Shown here: positions 19,701 through 32,870 of the stretch, piece by piece
How the letters are laid out: the number at the start of each line of letters is the position of its first letter
Position numbering within the stretch: position 1 is the first letter of the stretch
Assembly: GCA_025937875.1 (NCBI GenBank)
Contig: JAICQM010000002.1
Span: forward strand, 1-44,740
Length of the DNA stretch: 44,740 nt
Direction of reading: 5' to 3'
DNA from: Chloroflexota bacterium
GTDB lineage: Bacteria > Chloroflexota > Limnocylindria > QHBO01
Translations under genes and position numbers: made by a program
The notes under the pieces: generated by a model
Database searches by the model: none
The model's input: only the letters and a program-made list of their open reading frames with translations
Told to the model about the DNA's origin: nothing

Positions 19701-19926
19701 CGAGCTCCTCGGAGACCGCGGCGTAGAACGCCGACATCACCTCGCGGTAACGCTCCGGGTCGAGCGTCGTGGCCAGGACCGTCGAGTCCGCGAGGTCGGC
19801 GAACAGGACGGTGACCACCTTGCGCTCGTCGGTCGTGCCACTCGCAACCGCGGTCCCGCAGTTGGGGCAGTAGCGAGCTCCGCCGGGCAGCGGGGCACCG
19901 CATTGGCGGCAGACGGCGACGTTCAT
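16741..19926 (-). CDS. Multidomain signalling protein: double zinc ribbon + class III nucleotidyl cyclase + AAA/STAND NTPase + TPR-like repeats
   Basis: N-terminus CRQCGAPLPGGARYCPNCG. Cyclase motifs VTVLFADLADST, KFIGDAVMATWG, VGVNSGAVAIG, AVNVAARLQ. P-loop VTLIGEAGIGKSRLL. The C-terminal ~450 aa are helical repeats. No C-terminal LuxR HTH is seen. Confidence 0.85.
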   Translation of the reverse strand: MNVAVCRQCGAPLPGGARYCPNCGTAVASGTTDERKVVTVLFADLADSTVLATTLDPERYREVMSAFYAAVSEELASLRGRAEKFIGDAVMATWGVPQAEEDDALRAVRAGVMIRDRVGRLADELIMDRPLHVRVGVNSGAVAIGTGPRDQFFATGAAVNVAARLQQLAAPDEVLVGATTRRLTENHVAYGEPRVVTLRGLREPVSASPVVSLSMQSTRRTIPLVGRRREVTELVEAAERTRSTARSMVVTLIGEAGIGKSRLLDELVAQLPEDTVVLKGHATEFAEDVTFAPLAEMIRRLLGVGEETPADEVRTRLEQLVAGCCDETDQERVSARLGLALGLGGPPDHDDRDSDEDHVEGEGEGGARRYRAAELRAALVSIVEGLTGGGPVVMILDDLHQARPEFLDLVERFIDETVDLRLLVVASGRPELLARPPAWLDAGPIIRVQPLSGREAADLARAAGSVDETTAERIAQHAGGNPFFVIETTGMLLERTDAGTAATEHDLPASVQAVVAARLDHLDPAARELARRASVFARATFHVRDLRLIAEPTDESLAALEEAEILLRERDRTDVWRFRHELLRDVAYESLPKRERLRLHLLLADGIEHLQPDRFPQSVAYHLYRAAIAARDLTPDDGVVTARAIKALSHVGDQSRWRLESRTAIEAYQRALALVGPPEAWGPSEAKLLSFIGEAHYWLGEYAQARDRLNQAMALKPGSLLVRSHAARFLGDIALNVDGDHAHATEHFEEALAAANELDEPFTRARVHLMAGWGPYWIDDLEGARSLFAKALEITRANPDPDPWAEARALVSLASVEVPGGHVDDALAMAREALRIGRDSDDLFTIAVAQESIGNLLRRKLALPDALVAVDEAVRIFRDLDARWELASALGDRGEVHRLAARPDLAEEDLREALTLCRALHERQLVGWTITTLAWLALERGDLETARRLATEAAAEVPEGDVGAEASNLEIELGLALVEGDAGRAREAGRRLLAQAGTGHRRAATTWWVGSLLGSEAAGGAAAVEAARARLEAAGWRQQLAAPDRLAAFIPTPAGQAGEER

Positions 19927-19944
19927 CGAAGGCTCGACGTCAGG

Positions 19945-22473
<2,529 letters not shown>

Positions 22474-22526
22474 CGGTCCGGTCTACCTACCTTGTCGCAT
22501 ATGTCGTGTTTGTCGCCTGCGCGTGT

Positions 22527-23039
22527 TCATGGTCGTGCCCCGGCGACCGGGAGGTCGCGCGGCATCCCATATCGGTCCTTGAGGCTGCCCTTCTCCGTCG
22601 GCGATGCCCCCAGGAAGCGTCCGGTGGCACTGGCCACCAGCCTGCCGTCGGCACCGCGAATCTCGCCGTCGACGCGATAGATGCGTCGGCGCTTCTCGAT
22701 GACCCGCCCTGTCGCGACCAGCCGCTCTCCCGGGTTGGCCGGGCTCCGGAAGCGGACGTGCATCTCCGCCGTCACGGCCCACGCATCGTGGCTGGCGGGC
22801 GCCCAGGCCATGACCTCGTCGAGCAGCGTGGTCAGGATCCCGCCGTGCACCTTCTCCTCCCAGCCCACGAAGTGCCCGTTGGGGACCCACTCGGTGCGGG
22901 CGGTCTCGTCGCCGAGCTCGATCTCCAGGTGCATGCCGATGGGGTTCTGGCCCCCGCAGGCGAAGCAGTTGTGGTCGGCGAACGCGTAGCGCCGCCCATC
23001 GGGGGCGACCAGCATGCGGCTGGAGGGAAGGCCGCTCAC
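22527..23039 (-). CDS. PaaI/4HBT-type hotdog-fold thioesterase
   Basis: HNCFACGGQNPIGMHLE..., VHGGILTTLLDEVMAWA, RVDGEIRGADGRLVASATGRF. The GTG at 23039 overlaps the upstream gene's stop (GTGA). An alternative ATG lies at 23015. Confidence 0.78.
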   Translation of the reverse strand: MSGLPSSRMLVAPDGRRYAFADHNCFACGGQNPIGMHLEIELGDETARTEWVPNGHFVGWEEKVHGGILTTLLDEVMAWAPASHDAWAVTAEMHVRFRSPANPGERLVATGRVIEKRRRIYRVDGEIRGADGRLVASATGRFLGASPTEKGSLKDRYGMPRDLPVAGARP

Positions 23040-23287
23040 CAGGCCTCTTCCTCGTCGTCGTAGCCCGCATAGCCGGCGGTCCACTCGTCGTCCCCGGAGC
23101 GGCGCAGGCAGTGATCCGCGATGGCCAGCGCGAAGGCGTGGCTCACGGCGTAGCCGTCGCGCAGGAAGTTGACCGCCTCGCGGCGCTCGGCGACGCCGTT
23201 CGACTCCAGCAGCTCGCACCACTCGTCGATCGAGCGTCCGGTCTTGGAGGCCACCTGGCGGATGTCGGCAATGTGTCGCGATGGCAT
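23036..23287 (-). CDS. Small DUF4287-like protein
   Basis: MPSRHIADIRQVASKTGRSIDEWCELLESNGVAERREAVNFLRDGYAVSHAFALAIA resembles the DUF4287 N-terminal pattern, recalled from memory. The ATG at 23287 lies 28 nt after the gyrB stop. Confidence 0.55.
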   Translation of the reverse strand: MPSRHIADIRQVASKTGRSIDEWCELLESNGVAERREAVNFLRDGYAVSHAFALAIADHCLRRSGDDEWTAGYAGYDDEEEAW

Positions 23288-23315
23288 CGGTCTGTCGTCT
23301 CGCTGTCGTTGCTGA

Positions 23316-26209
<2,894 letters not shown>

Positions 26210-26217
<8 letters not shown>

Positions 26218-26971
26218 GGGCGGTGACCTCCCCGGCCAGGGTGCGGTAGGCCACCGCGCCCCGCGAGCCGGGGTCATAGAGCGCCACCGGCAGGCCGTGG
26301 CTCGGCGCCTCCGAGAGACGCACGCTGCGCGGCACGACCGTCTGGTAGACGGTGCCGTTGAGGTGCCGTCGCACCTCGGCTGCCACCTGGGCCGAGAGGT
26401 TGGTGCGCGCGTCGTACATCGTCAGCAGGACGCCGTCGATCTCGAGTTGCGGGTTCAGCCCCTCGCGCACGCGGCGGATCGTGTTCACCAGCTGGCTCAG
26501 GCCCTCCAGGGCGTAATACTCGGTTTGGATCGGGATCAGCACCCCATCGGCCGCCGTCAACGCGTTCAGCGTCAGCAGCCCGAGCGACGGCGGGCAGTCG
26601 ATGAGCACCCGGTCGTAGCGGCGGGTCATCTCCGCCAGGCTGGCCGACAGCCGGCGCTCACGGGCCGGCACCGGCACCAGCTCCACCTCCGCTCCGGAGA
26701 GCTGGAGGGAGGAGGGGACGAGATCGAGGCCCTCGATCGCGGTGGCCATGATCAGCTCGTCGAGCGGATCGCGGTCGATCAGGACGTGATAGACGGATCG
26801 TTCGAGCGTGCGCCGGTCGACGCCCAGGCCGCTCGTCGCGTTCCCCTGGGGATCGAGATCGATGACGAGGGTGGAGGTCCCCGAGAGGGCCAGGGAGGCC
26901 GCCAGGTTGACCACCGTCGTCGTCTTTCCGACGCCGCCCTTCTGGTTGGTGCAGGCCGTGACCCTGATCAC
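26210..26971 (-). CDS. parA: Chromosome partitioning ATPase ParA (Soj)
   Basis: Deviant Walker A NQKGGVGKTTT, DLDPQGNAT, VLIDCPPSLG, PIQTEYYALEGLSQL, VPRSVRLSEAPSHG. Confidence 0.95.
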
Positions 26972-27057
26972 GAGCGCTCCGCAGCGAGTTCAGATGGGGC
27001 TCGTCCATTCTACCAGTTTCGGGCGTTTCCGGCGCTTACCGCGTGCTTATCGGCCCC

Positions 27058-27073
27058 TGTTCCACGTGCAACG
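27058..27073. promoter_or_regulatory. parS-like site TGTTCCACGTGCAACG
   Basis: 14/16 match to the Bacillus-type parS consensus TGTTNCACGTGAAACA. It lies 86 nt upstream of parA. Confidence 0.7.
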
Positions 27074-27076
27074 CAG

Positions 27077-27092
27077 GGTTTCACGTGAAACA
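27077..27092. promoter_or_regulatory. parS site GGTTTCACGTGAAACA
   Basis: 15/16 match to TGTTTCACGTGAAACA, with a perfect 14-bp palindromic core GTTTCACGTGAAAC. It is separated by 3 bp from the first site. Confidence 0.85.
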
Positions 27093-27093
27093 G

Positions 27094-27102
27094 TGTGGAT
27101 AA
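27094..27102 (-). promoter_or_regulatory. Consensus DnaA box (TTATCCACA)
   Basis: The plus strand TGTGGATAA is a perfect reverse complement of TTATCCACA. It abuts parS and ends 2 nt before the mreD ATG. It is a single box only. Confidence 0.55.
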
Positions 27103-27104
27103 CC

Positions 27105-27677
27105 ATGGAGAGGGTGGAGGTGCCCGCTATACTTCCGGGCAGCCGCCCACGCATCGGAATCTGCGGAGCCCCGGTCATCACCTACACCAGCGCGCTCGTC
27201 GCCATCCTGATCGGTATCGTCCACGCCGGCCTGACCCCCGTCATCACGGTCGCCGGGGTCTACCCCAACCTCGCCCTGGTCGCCGTGGTGCTGGTGACCG
27301 CCATCTTCGGCTTCACGCAGGGTACGATCTGGGCCTTCGCGGCAGGTCTGACCGCCAACCTGCTGGTATCGGCGCCACTCGGCAGCCTGCCGTTCACCCT
27401 GCTCCTGGTTACCGCCCTGGTGGCCGGCGGTGATCGGGTGATGGGGCGCCTGGTCTGGGTCTACCCGGTGCTTGCGGCGTTCGGTGGCAGCCTCGTGGCC
27501 GACACAGTCACCGTCCTCATCGGGCGCCTGGTGGGCGGGGCTCCGGCGACTGGCGACGCGCTGGCGGTGATGCTGCCGGCGGCCGTGCTCAACGCCGTCA
27601 TCGCCGCCCTCCTGCTGCCGCTGGTGCGCATCCTGGCCGCGCGCGCGGGTGTGCTGGAGGAGCGGCCGGCGTGGTGA
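27105..27677 (+). CDS. mreD: Rod shape-determining protein MreD-like membrane protein
   Basis: A 190-aa polytopic protein (YPNLALVAVVLVTAIFGFTQGTIWAFAAGLTANLLV...) directly upstream of PBP2/RodA. The call rests on context plus general resemblance to MreD. mreB and mreC are not present upstream. Confidence 0.6.
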   Translation: MERVEVPAILPGSRPRIGICGAPVITYTSALVAILIGIVHAGLTPVITVAGVYPNLALVAVVLVTAIFGFTQGTIWAFAAGLTANLLVSAPLGSLPFTLLLVTALVAGGDRVMGRLVWVYPVLAAFGGSLVADTVTVLIGRLVGGAPATGDALAVMLPAAVLNAVIAALLLPLVRILAARAGVLEERPAW

Positions 27678-27687
27678 GGGGAGCGCC

Positions 27688-29604
27688 ATGGCCGATCTGA
27701 ACGAGGGCCGCGGTCGCGACCTGCCGCGGTCGCGCGCGCGCTTCATCGCCTTCGGCGTGGCGGCGGCGCTCGTCTTCACAGCGCTCGCGGGCCGGCTGGT
27801 GCAGCTGCAGGTCGTGGACGGGGCGGCCTACGCGCGGCGCGCGGCGACGATCGGCACCGTCGAGCTGCCGATCCCGGCCGCCCGCGGCCTCGTCTTCGAC
27901 CGGGACGGGCGCCCGCTGGCGGTCAACGTGCCGTCCTGGACGGTCAAGGCGCGTCGCGCCGACCTGCCCGGGCCGCGGACGAGGATCGTGCTCGGCGAGG
28001 TGGCCCGGATCACGGGCGTCGACGCCCGCAGCCTCCGTACCCGCCTCGACGCCTACACGGGCTCGCCGTACGACCTCATCCCGCTCGCCCGCGGCATCGA
28101 CCGCCAGGCGGCGCTGGTGCTGGGAGAGCGCGCCGGCCAGCTCCCCGGCATCGTCGTCGAGGCCGAGCCGGTCCGCCGCTACCTGGACGAGACTGGCAAG
28201 GTCGACGGCACGCTCCTGTCGCACATCGTGGGCTACACCGGCCCCGTCGACAGCACCGAGCTGCCGGAGCTGGCCGCGGCCGGCTACCTCCACGACGATG
28301 CGATCGGGCGCGCGGGCGTCGAGGCCAGCTACGAGGAGGAGCTGCGCGGCAGCTACGGCAGCCGCCTGGTCGAGCGCGACGCCGACGGCCGTACCGGCGA
28401 CGTGCTGGAGACGGTCCGCGAGCCGGTCGCCGGGGCCAACCTCCAGCTCACCATCGACGCCGAGATGCAGCGGACGGCGACCAATGCGCTGCGCTGGGGG
28501 ATGGACGCCGTGGGCGTGGAGCAGGGCGTCACCATCGTCATGAACCCCCAGACCGGGGAGATCCTCGCGATGGTGTCGCTGCCGGCCTACGACAACAACA
28601 AGTTCGCCACCGGCATCAGCGGCAGCGACTACCAGGCCTACCTGACCGCGGATGGGCAGCCGCTGCGCAACCACGCCATCGCCGACATCTATCCCCCGGG
28701 CTCGACGTTCAAGCTGGTCACCAGCGTGGCGGCGCTCGAGGAGGGCGTCACCACCGCCGGGCAGCGCTGGCCCACGTATGGCTGCTACCAGATCCCCGGC
28801 GCACCGGCCGGGCAGTGCCTCTTCGACTGGAACCGGCAGGGATTCGGGCCGCTCGACATGACCGATGCCTTCGCCGTCAGCTCCGACACGTTCTACTACC
28901 AGATGGCCATCAAGCTCGGCGTCGATCGCCTGGGCGCCTGGGCCGAGCGGATGGGCTTCGGCAACCGCAGCGGGATCCGCCTCCCCGGCGAGGCCGAGGG
29001 AATCGTGGCCAGCACCGCCTGGGCCCAGGCGCAGGGCCGCCAGGGCGTGTTCACCGGCGAGCTGGCGCAGGCCGGGATCGGGCAGAACGTGATCGCGGTG
29101 ACGCCACTCCAGCTGCTCAACGCCTATTGCGCGCTGGCCAACGGCGGCACGCTCATGCGCCCGTCGATCGTGCGCGGAACGGCCGATGCCGGCGGGCAGC
29201 TCCTGGAGCCGGCGGCGCCCGAGGTGATCGGGCCCATCGGCGCCAGCGACAGCACGCTGCGCACGATGCGCATCGGTGCACGCGAGGTCATCACCACCGG
29301 CCACGCCTACAACATCCGTGACCTGCGACTGCCCGGCGCCCTCTCCGGCAAGACGGGCACCGCCGAGTTCGGCGCCGAGACGCCGGAGGGAACGCTCCCC
29401 TTCCACTCGTGGTTCGTGGCCTACCTGCCGAGCGCTCCGGGCGCCACCGATGCCGACCTGGCCGTGGTGACGTTCGCCTACTCGGCGGTCGTGCCGGGGA
29501 ACGTGTCACTGGAGGTCGTCAAGTACTTCCTCCAGGAGCACTACGACCTCGACCAGGACCTGCGGCTCGACCCGCGCGACTTCAGCCTCGTGGCGGCGAA
29601 CTGA
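27688..29604 (+). CDS. mrdA: Penicillin-binding protein 2 (elongasome class B transpeptidase)
   Basis: ATG after GAGGGGAG, an N-terminal anchor helix, SxxK = GSTFK, a second motif SSD, and KTGTAE. It lies upstream of rodA. Confidence 0.9.
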   Translation: MADLNEGRGRDLPRSRARFIAFGVAAALVFTALAGRLVQLQVVDGAAYARRAATIGTVELPIPAARGLVFDRDGRPLAVNVPSWTVKARRADLPGPRTRIVLGEVARITGVDARSLRTRLDAYTGSPYDLIPLARGIDRQAALVLGERAGQLPGIVVEAEPVRRYLDETGKVDGTLLSHIVGYTGPVDSTELPELAAAGYLHDDAIGRAGVEASYEEELRGSYGSRLVERDADGRTGDVLETVREPVAGANLQLTIDAEMQRTATNALRWGMDAVGVEQGVTIVMNPQTGEILAMVSLPAYDNNKFATGISGSDYQAYLTADGQPLRNHAIADIYPPGSTFKLVTSVAALEEGVTTAGQRWPTYGCYQIPGAPAGQCLFDWNRQGFGPLDMTDAFAVSSDTFYYQMAIKLGVDRLGAWAERMGFGNRSGIRLPGEAEGIVASTAWAQAQGRQGVFTGELAQAGIGQNVIAVTPLQLLNAYCALANGGTLMRPSIVRGTADAGGQLLEPAAPEVIGPIGASDSTLRTMRIGAREVITTGHAYNIRDLRLPGALSGKTGTAEFGAETPEGTLPFHSWFVAYLPSAPGATDADLAVVTFAYSAVVPGNVSLEVVKYFLQEHYDLDQDLRLDPRDFSLVAAN

Positions 29605-29607
29605 CCG

Positions 29608-30744
29608 ATGGGCGTCGTCACCTCCACCTTCGGGGGCGCCATCGCACGGCGGCCGTGGCGCACGTTCGACGTCCAGCTGTTCGTGTACCTGGCGCTGCTC
29701 ATCGCGTTCGGGATCGTGATGGGCTACTCGGCCAGCTACAACGATCCGGCGCCAGCGGGGGCGCTGAGCCAGCCGGTGAAGACCGTCATCTGGGCCGCCA
29801 TCGGCCTGACCATCTTCTTCGTCGCCGCCAGCCTCGACTACCACTGGCTGCAGCCCTTCTCGGGACCGATCTACCTCGCCGTCCTGGTTCTGCTGACGCT
29901 CACGCTGGTGCTCGGCACCAACCTGTTCGGGGCCCAGATGTCGATCACCGTCGCCGGCCTCGACTTCCAGTTCAGCGAGGTCAGCAAGGTCCTCATGATC
30001 GTGGTCCTGGCGTCGTTCCTGGCGAGCCGCCGCGAGCGCATCGGTCGCCTGTCGACGATCGTTGGCGCCGGAGCGCTGATGGCGATGCCGACCTTCCTCG
30101 TCTTCCGTCAGCCGGACCTGGGCACGGCCATGGTGTTCGTCGCGATTCTGGCCGCAATGTTGTTCATGAGCGGCGCCAGCATCGGCTGGATGGCGATCTT
30201 CACCGGCCTGGTGGTCGGTGCGGCGCCGCTCGCCGTCGGGGCGCTGCAGGACTACCAGCGGCAGCGCCTCTTCTGCTTCCTCGATCCGTATGCCGATGCG
30301 CAGGACGCGTGCTACCAGCTGGTGCAGTCCCTCAACGCCGTCGGCTCCGGCGGCATCTTCGGCCAGGGGCTCACCGCGGGGCGGCAGAACCAGGCCGGCC
30401 TGCTGCCGGTCCAGAGCACGGACTTCATCTTCACCGTGGTGGCCGAGGAGCTCGGGCTGGTCGGCAGCCTGCTCCTGCTGGGCCTGTTCGCGCTGCTCAT
30501 CTGGCGCATCGTCTTCATCGCCTGGACGGCCCGCGACGCGCTTGGCTCGATGGTGGCGGTGGGGCTGGCCGGAATGATCCTGTTCCAGGTGCTCGTCAAC
30601 GTCGGGATGGTGGTCGGGATCATGCCGGTGACGGGCATCCCGCTGCCGTTCGTGACGTACGGCGGCTCGTCGCTCATCTCACTGCTGTTCGGGATGGGGA
30701 TCCTCGAATCGGTGCGCATCCACGGCGAGAAGCCGACGTTCTAG
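29608..30744 (+). CDS. rodA: SEDS-family peptidoglycan glycosyltransferase RodA
   Basis: FtsW/RodA/SpoVE pattern: multi-TM, FQFSEVSKVLMIVVLA, LPVQSTDFIFTVVAEELG, TGIPLPFVTYGGSSL. It is paired with PBP2. Confidence 0.9.
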   Translation: MGVVTSTFGGAIARRPWRTFDVQLFVYLALLIAFGIVMGYSASYNDPAPAGALSQPVKTVIWAAIGLTIFFVAASLDYHWLQPFSGPIYLAVLVLLTLTLVLGTNLFGAQMSITVAGLDFQFSEVSKVLMIVVLASFLASRRERIGRLSTIVGAGALMAMPTFLVFRQPDLGTAMVFVAILAAMLFMSGASIGWMAIFTGLVVGAAPLAVGALQDYQRQRLFCFLDPYADAQDACYQLVQSLNAVGSGGIFGQGLTAGRQNQAGLLPVQSTDFIFTVVAEELGLVGSLLLLGLFALLIWRIVFIAWTARDALGSMVAVGLAGMILFQVLVNVGMVVGIMPVTGIPLPFVTYGGSSLISLLFGMGILESVRIHGEKPTF

Positions 30745-30754
30745 ACGACGAGAT

Positions 30755-31948
30755 TTACCCAGCTTCTGGAGCCGGTGTGAGGTCCTCGCCGGGCATCTCT
30801 CCCGGCGGCCCGTCTGCGTCGGGGTCCGGGGCGGGTTCGAGGCCGAGCACCGCGGCCCGCGCCGGCAGTGGCTCCTCGCCCGAGAGGCGACGGAAGCCGT
30901 AGCGGTACAGGTCCCGGCCAATGGCGACGATCGGGGCGGCGAGGATCGCGCCGCCGATGCCGAACAGCGCGCCACCGATGACGAGGGCGGCAATCATGAC
31001 CGCCGGGTGCAGCTCGACCGCGTCGCCCATGACCTTGGGGACCAGCAGGTTGTTCTCGAGCTGCTGGACGGCGGTGTAGAGCACGATCACCGCGATCACC
31101 GCCGCCGGTGAGATCGTGAGCGCGATCAGGATCGCCGGGACCGCGGCGATGATGGGACCGATGATCGGGAACCACTCCAGCACGCCGGCGATGAGCGCCA
31201 GCACGAGCATGAACTGTCCCAGCTCCCCGAACCCGATCGCGGTCAGGATCGCCAGCCCGGTGACGGTGGCCATGAACACGGCGGCCCCGAGCAGGAGCTG
31301 GCCGCGCACCCACCGTCCGCCAACGCGGGCGAGGATCGCGAGGACCGAGTCGCCGTCCGACCGCCAGGCGGGAGGGAGGGCACCGGCGACGGCGCGCGGG
31401 AAGGCGGCGCGGTCCTTGAGCACGAAGAAGAGCCAGACCGGGATGATTACCAGCCCCAGGACGAAGGTGAGCGTCCGAACCAGTGTGCTCACGACCGGCC
31501 CGGCGATCGCCTGGAGCAGCTCGCCGAAGGCCTCGCGGCCGCGCTGGATGGAGGCGTCGATCATCTCGCGCAGCTCGGGCGGCAGCGCCAAGGAGCCATA
31601 CCAGCGCTCCAGGTCCTGCTCCCAGGCCCCGATGGCGGCGCCGAACTCCGGCCCGCGCTCGATCAGCTCTCGCGCCTGGCGACCGATGGGCGGTGCCACG
31701 AACGCCACCAGCACCCACACGATGGCGACGACGAGGGCGTAGGCGCCCAGCACGCCCAGCCAGCGTGGCGCGCCGAGGCGCTCGACGGCGGTGACCACCG
31801 GGTCGAGGATGAACGCCAGCGCCAGGCCGATGACGAAGGCCGGCAGCGCACCGCGTGCCGACCACACCAGCCAGGCGACGACCACGAGCATGGCCAGCGC
31901 GAACAGGGACAGCCGATGGCGCCGCGCCGCCCCCAGCAGGTCAGCCAT
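30755..31948 (-). CDS. AI-2E family transporter (PerM/UPF0118)
   Basis: 8-TM pattern with GRWVRGQLLLGAAVFMATVTGLAIL, LEWFPIIGPIIAAVPAILIAL, QQLENNLLVPKVMG. Confidence 0.85.
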   Translation of the reverse strand: MADLLGAARRHRLSLFALAMLVVVAWLVWSARGALPAFVIGLALAFILDPVVTAVERLGAPRWLGVLGAYALVVAIVWVLVAFVAPPIGRQARELIERGPEFGAAIGAWEQDLERWYGSLALPPELREMIDASIQRGREAFGELLQAIAGPVVSTLVRTLTFVLGLVIIPVWLFFVLKDRAAFPRAVAGALPPAWRSDGDSVLAILARVGGRWVRGQLLLGAAVFMATVTGLAILTAIGFGELGQFMLVLALIAGVLEWFPIIGPIIAAVPAILIALTISPAAVIAVIVLYTAVQQLENNLLVPKVMGDAVELHPAVMIAALVIGGALFGIGGAILAAPIVAIGRDLYRYGFRRLSGEEPLPARAAVLGLEPAPDPDADGPPGEMPGEDLTPAPEAG

Positions 31949-32049
31949 CTCCCACTCCTCGCTTCGATGAGAATCGCGTCATCGCGTTTCGCATGATAGG
32001 GGCCCGCGTTTCCCGTTCGGCCCGCGCGGCGGTACCATTGACCGTCGCC

Positions 32050-32766
32050 ATGACCGAACGATCACGCCCGGAGCAGCCCCGCCAGCGGTGGCAGCTCCTC
32101 TTCGCCCGCCGCGCACCCGCCCTCCGCATGCGGCAGGCGGACCTCATCCCCGCCTTCGCCGAAGCGTTCACGCAGGCCGGCCTGCCGCTGAGCCACTCGA
32201 ACGCGGCCAAGCCGCGCCCCCGCATCAAGCTGGCCGCCAATCCGCCGGTCGGCCTCGAGCTGCGCGGCGAGATCGTCGAGGCCTACTTCGACGACCTGGT
32301 GCCGATCGAGCGGATCCAGGCCGCCGGCCAGCTGTTCCCCGAGGGCGTGGAGCTGCTCGACGCGCGCGAGGTGTGGCACGGCTACCCGTCCGCGTCGTCG
32401 CAGCTTCGCGCGGCCGAGTACGAGGTGACGGCCCTCGGCAACGGCGAGCTGACGAGCGACGAGCTGCGGGGCGCGGTCGTCCGCCTCCTGGCCGCGAAGA
32501 CGCTCCCCGGCAAGCGGCGGCGGGGCGAGTCGGAGCGGCGCGCCGACGCCGCCGAGCGCGACCTGCGGCCGTTGATCGAGGACGTCGAAGTTCTCGACGT
32601 CGACGAGAAGGCGCACACCGCGAAGCTGCGGATGGTGCTGCGGCTGGATGCCACCGGCGCTGGGCGCCCGGAGGACATCGTCAACGCGCTGGACCTGCCA
32701 CTGCGGCCGCTGGAAGCGGTCCGGAGCCGGCTCCTGTTCGTTGACACTCCCCCCATCGCCCGGTAG
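32050..32766 (+). CDS. DUF2344/TIGR03936-like (radical-SAM-associated) protein
   Basis: WQLLFARRAPALRMRQADLIPAFAEAFTQAGLPLSHSNAAKPRPRIKLAANPPVGLELRGEIVEAYF resembles the DUF2344 N-terminal pattern. Its position upstream of rplU-rpmA is typical for the family. The copy is divergent, so confidence is moderate. Confidence 0.5.
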   Translation: MTERSRPEQPRQRWQLLFARRAPALRMRQADLIPAFAEAFTQAGLPLSHSNAAKPRPRIKLAANPPVGLELRGEIVEAYFDDLVPIERIQAAGQLFPEGVELLDAREVWHGYPSASSQLRAAEYEVTALGNGELTSDELRGAVVRLLAAKTLPGKRRRGESERRADAAERDLRPLIEDVEVLDVDEKAHTAKLRMVLRLDATGAGRPEDIVNALDLPLRPLEAVRSRLLFVDTPPIAR

Positions 32767-32870
32767 ACTTTACTGTCCGCGGGCGACCACGGGTCGGCCC
32801 GCGTCGTTGTGCGCGGCGCATCGCCGCGCGCGGTTCCATCACCCCCATTGCATGCATCACGGAGTTGGCC

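Noticed and set aside
16741-19926. Cyclase as part of a Pycsar/CBASS-like anti-phage system
   Set aside because: There is no adjacent effector (TIR, TM, nuclease, patatin). The neighbours are prs and gyrA with tiny gaps. The architecture matches regulatory cyclase-STAND proteins, not defence cyclases.
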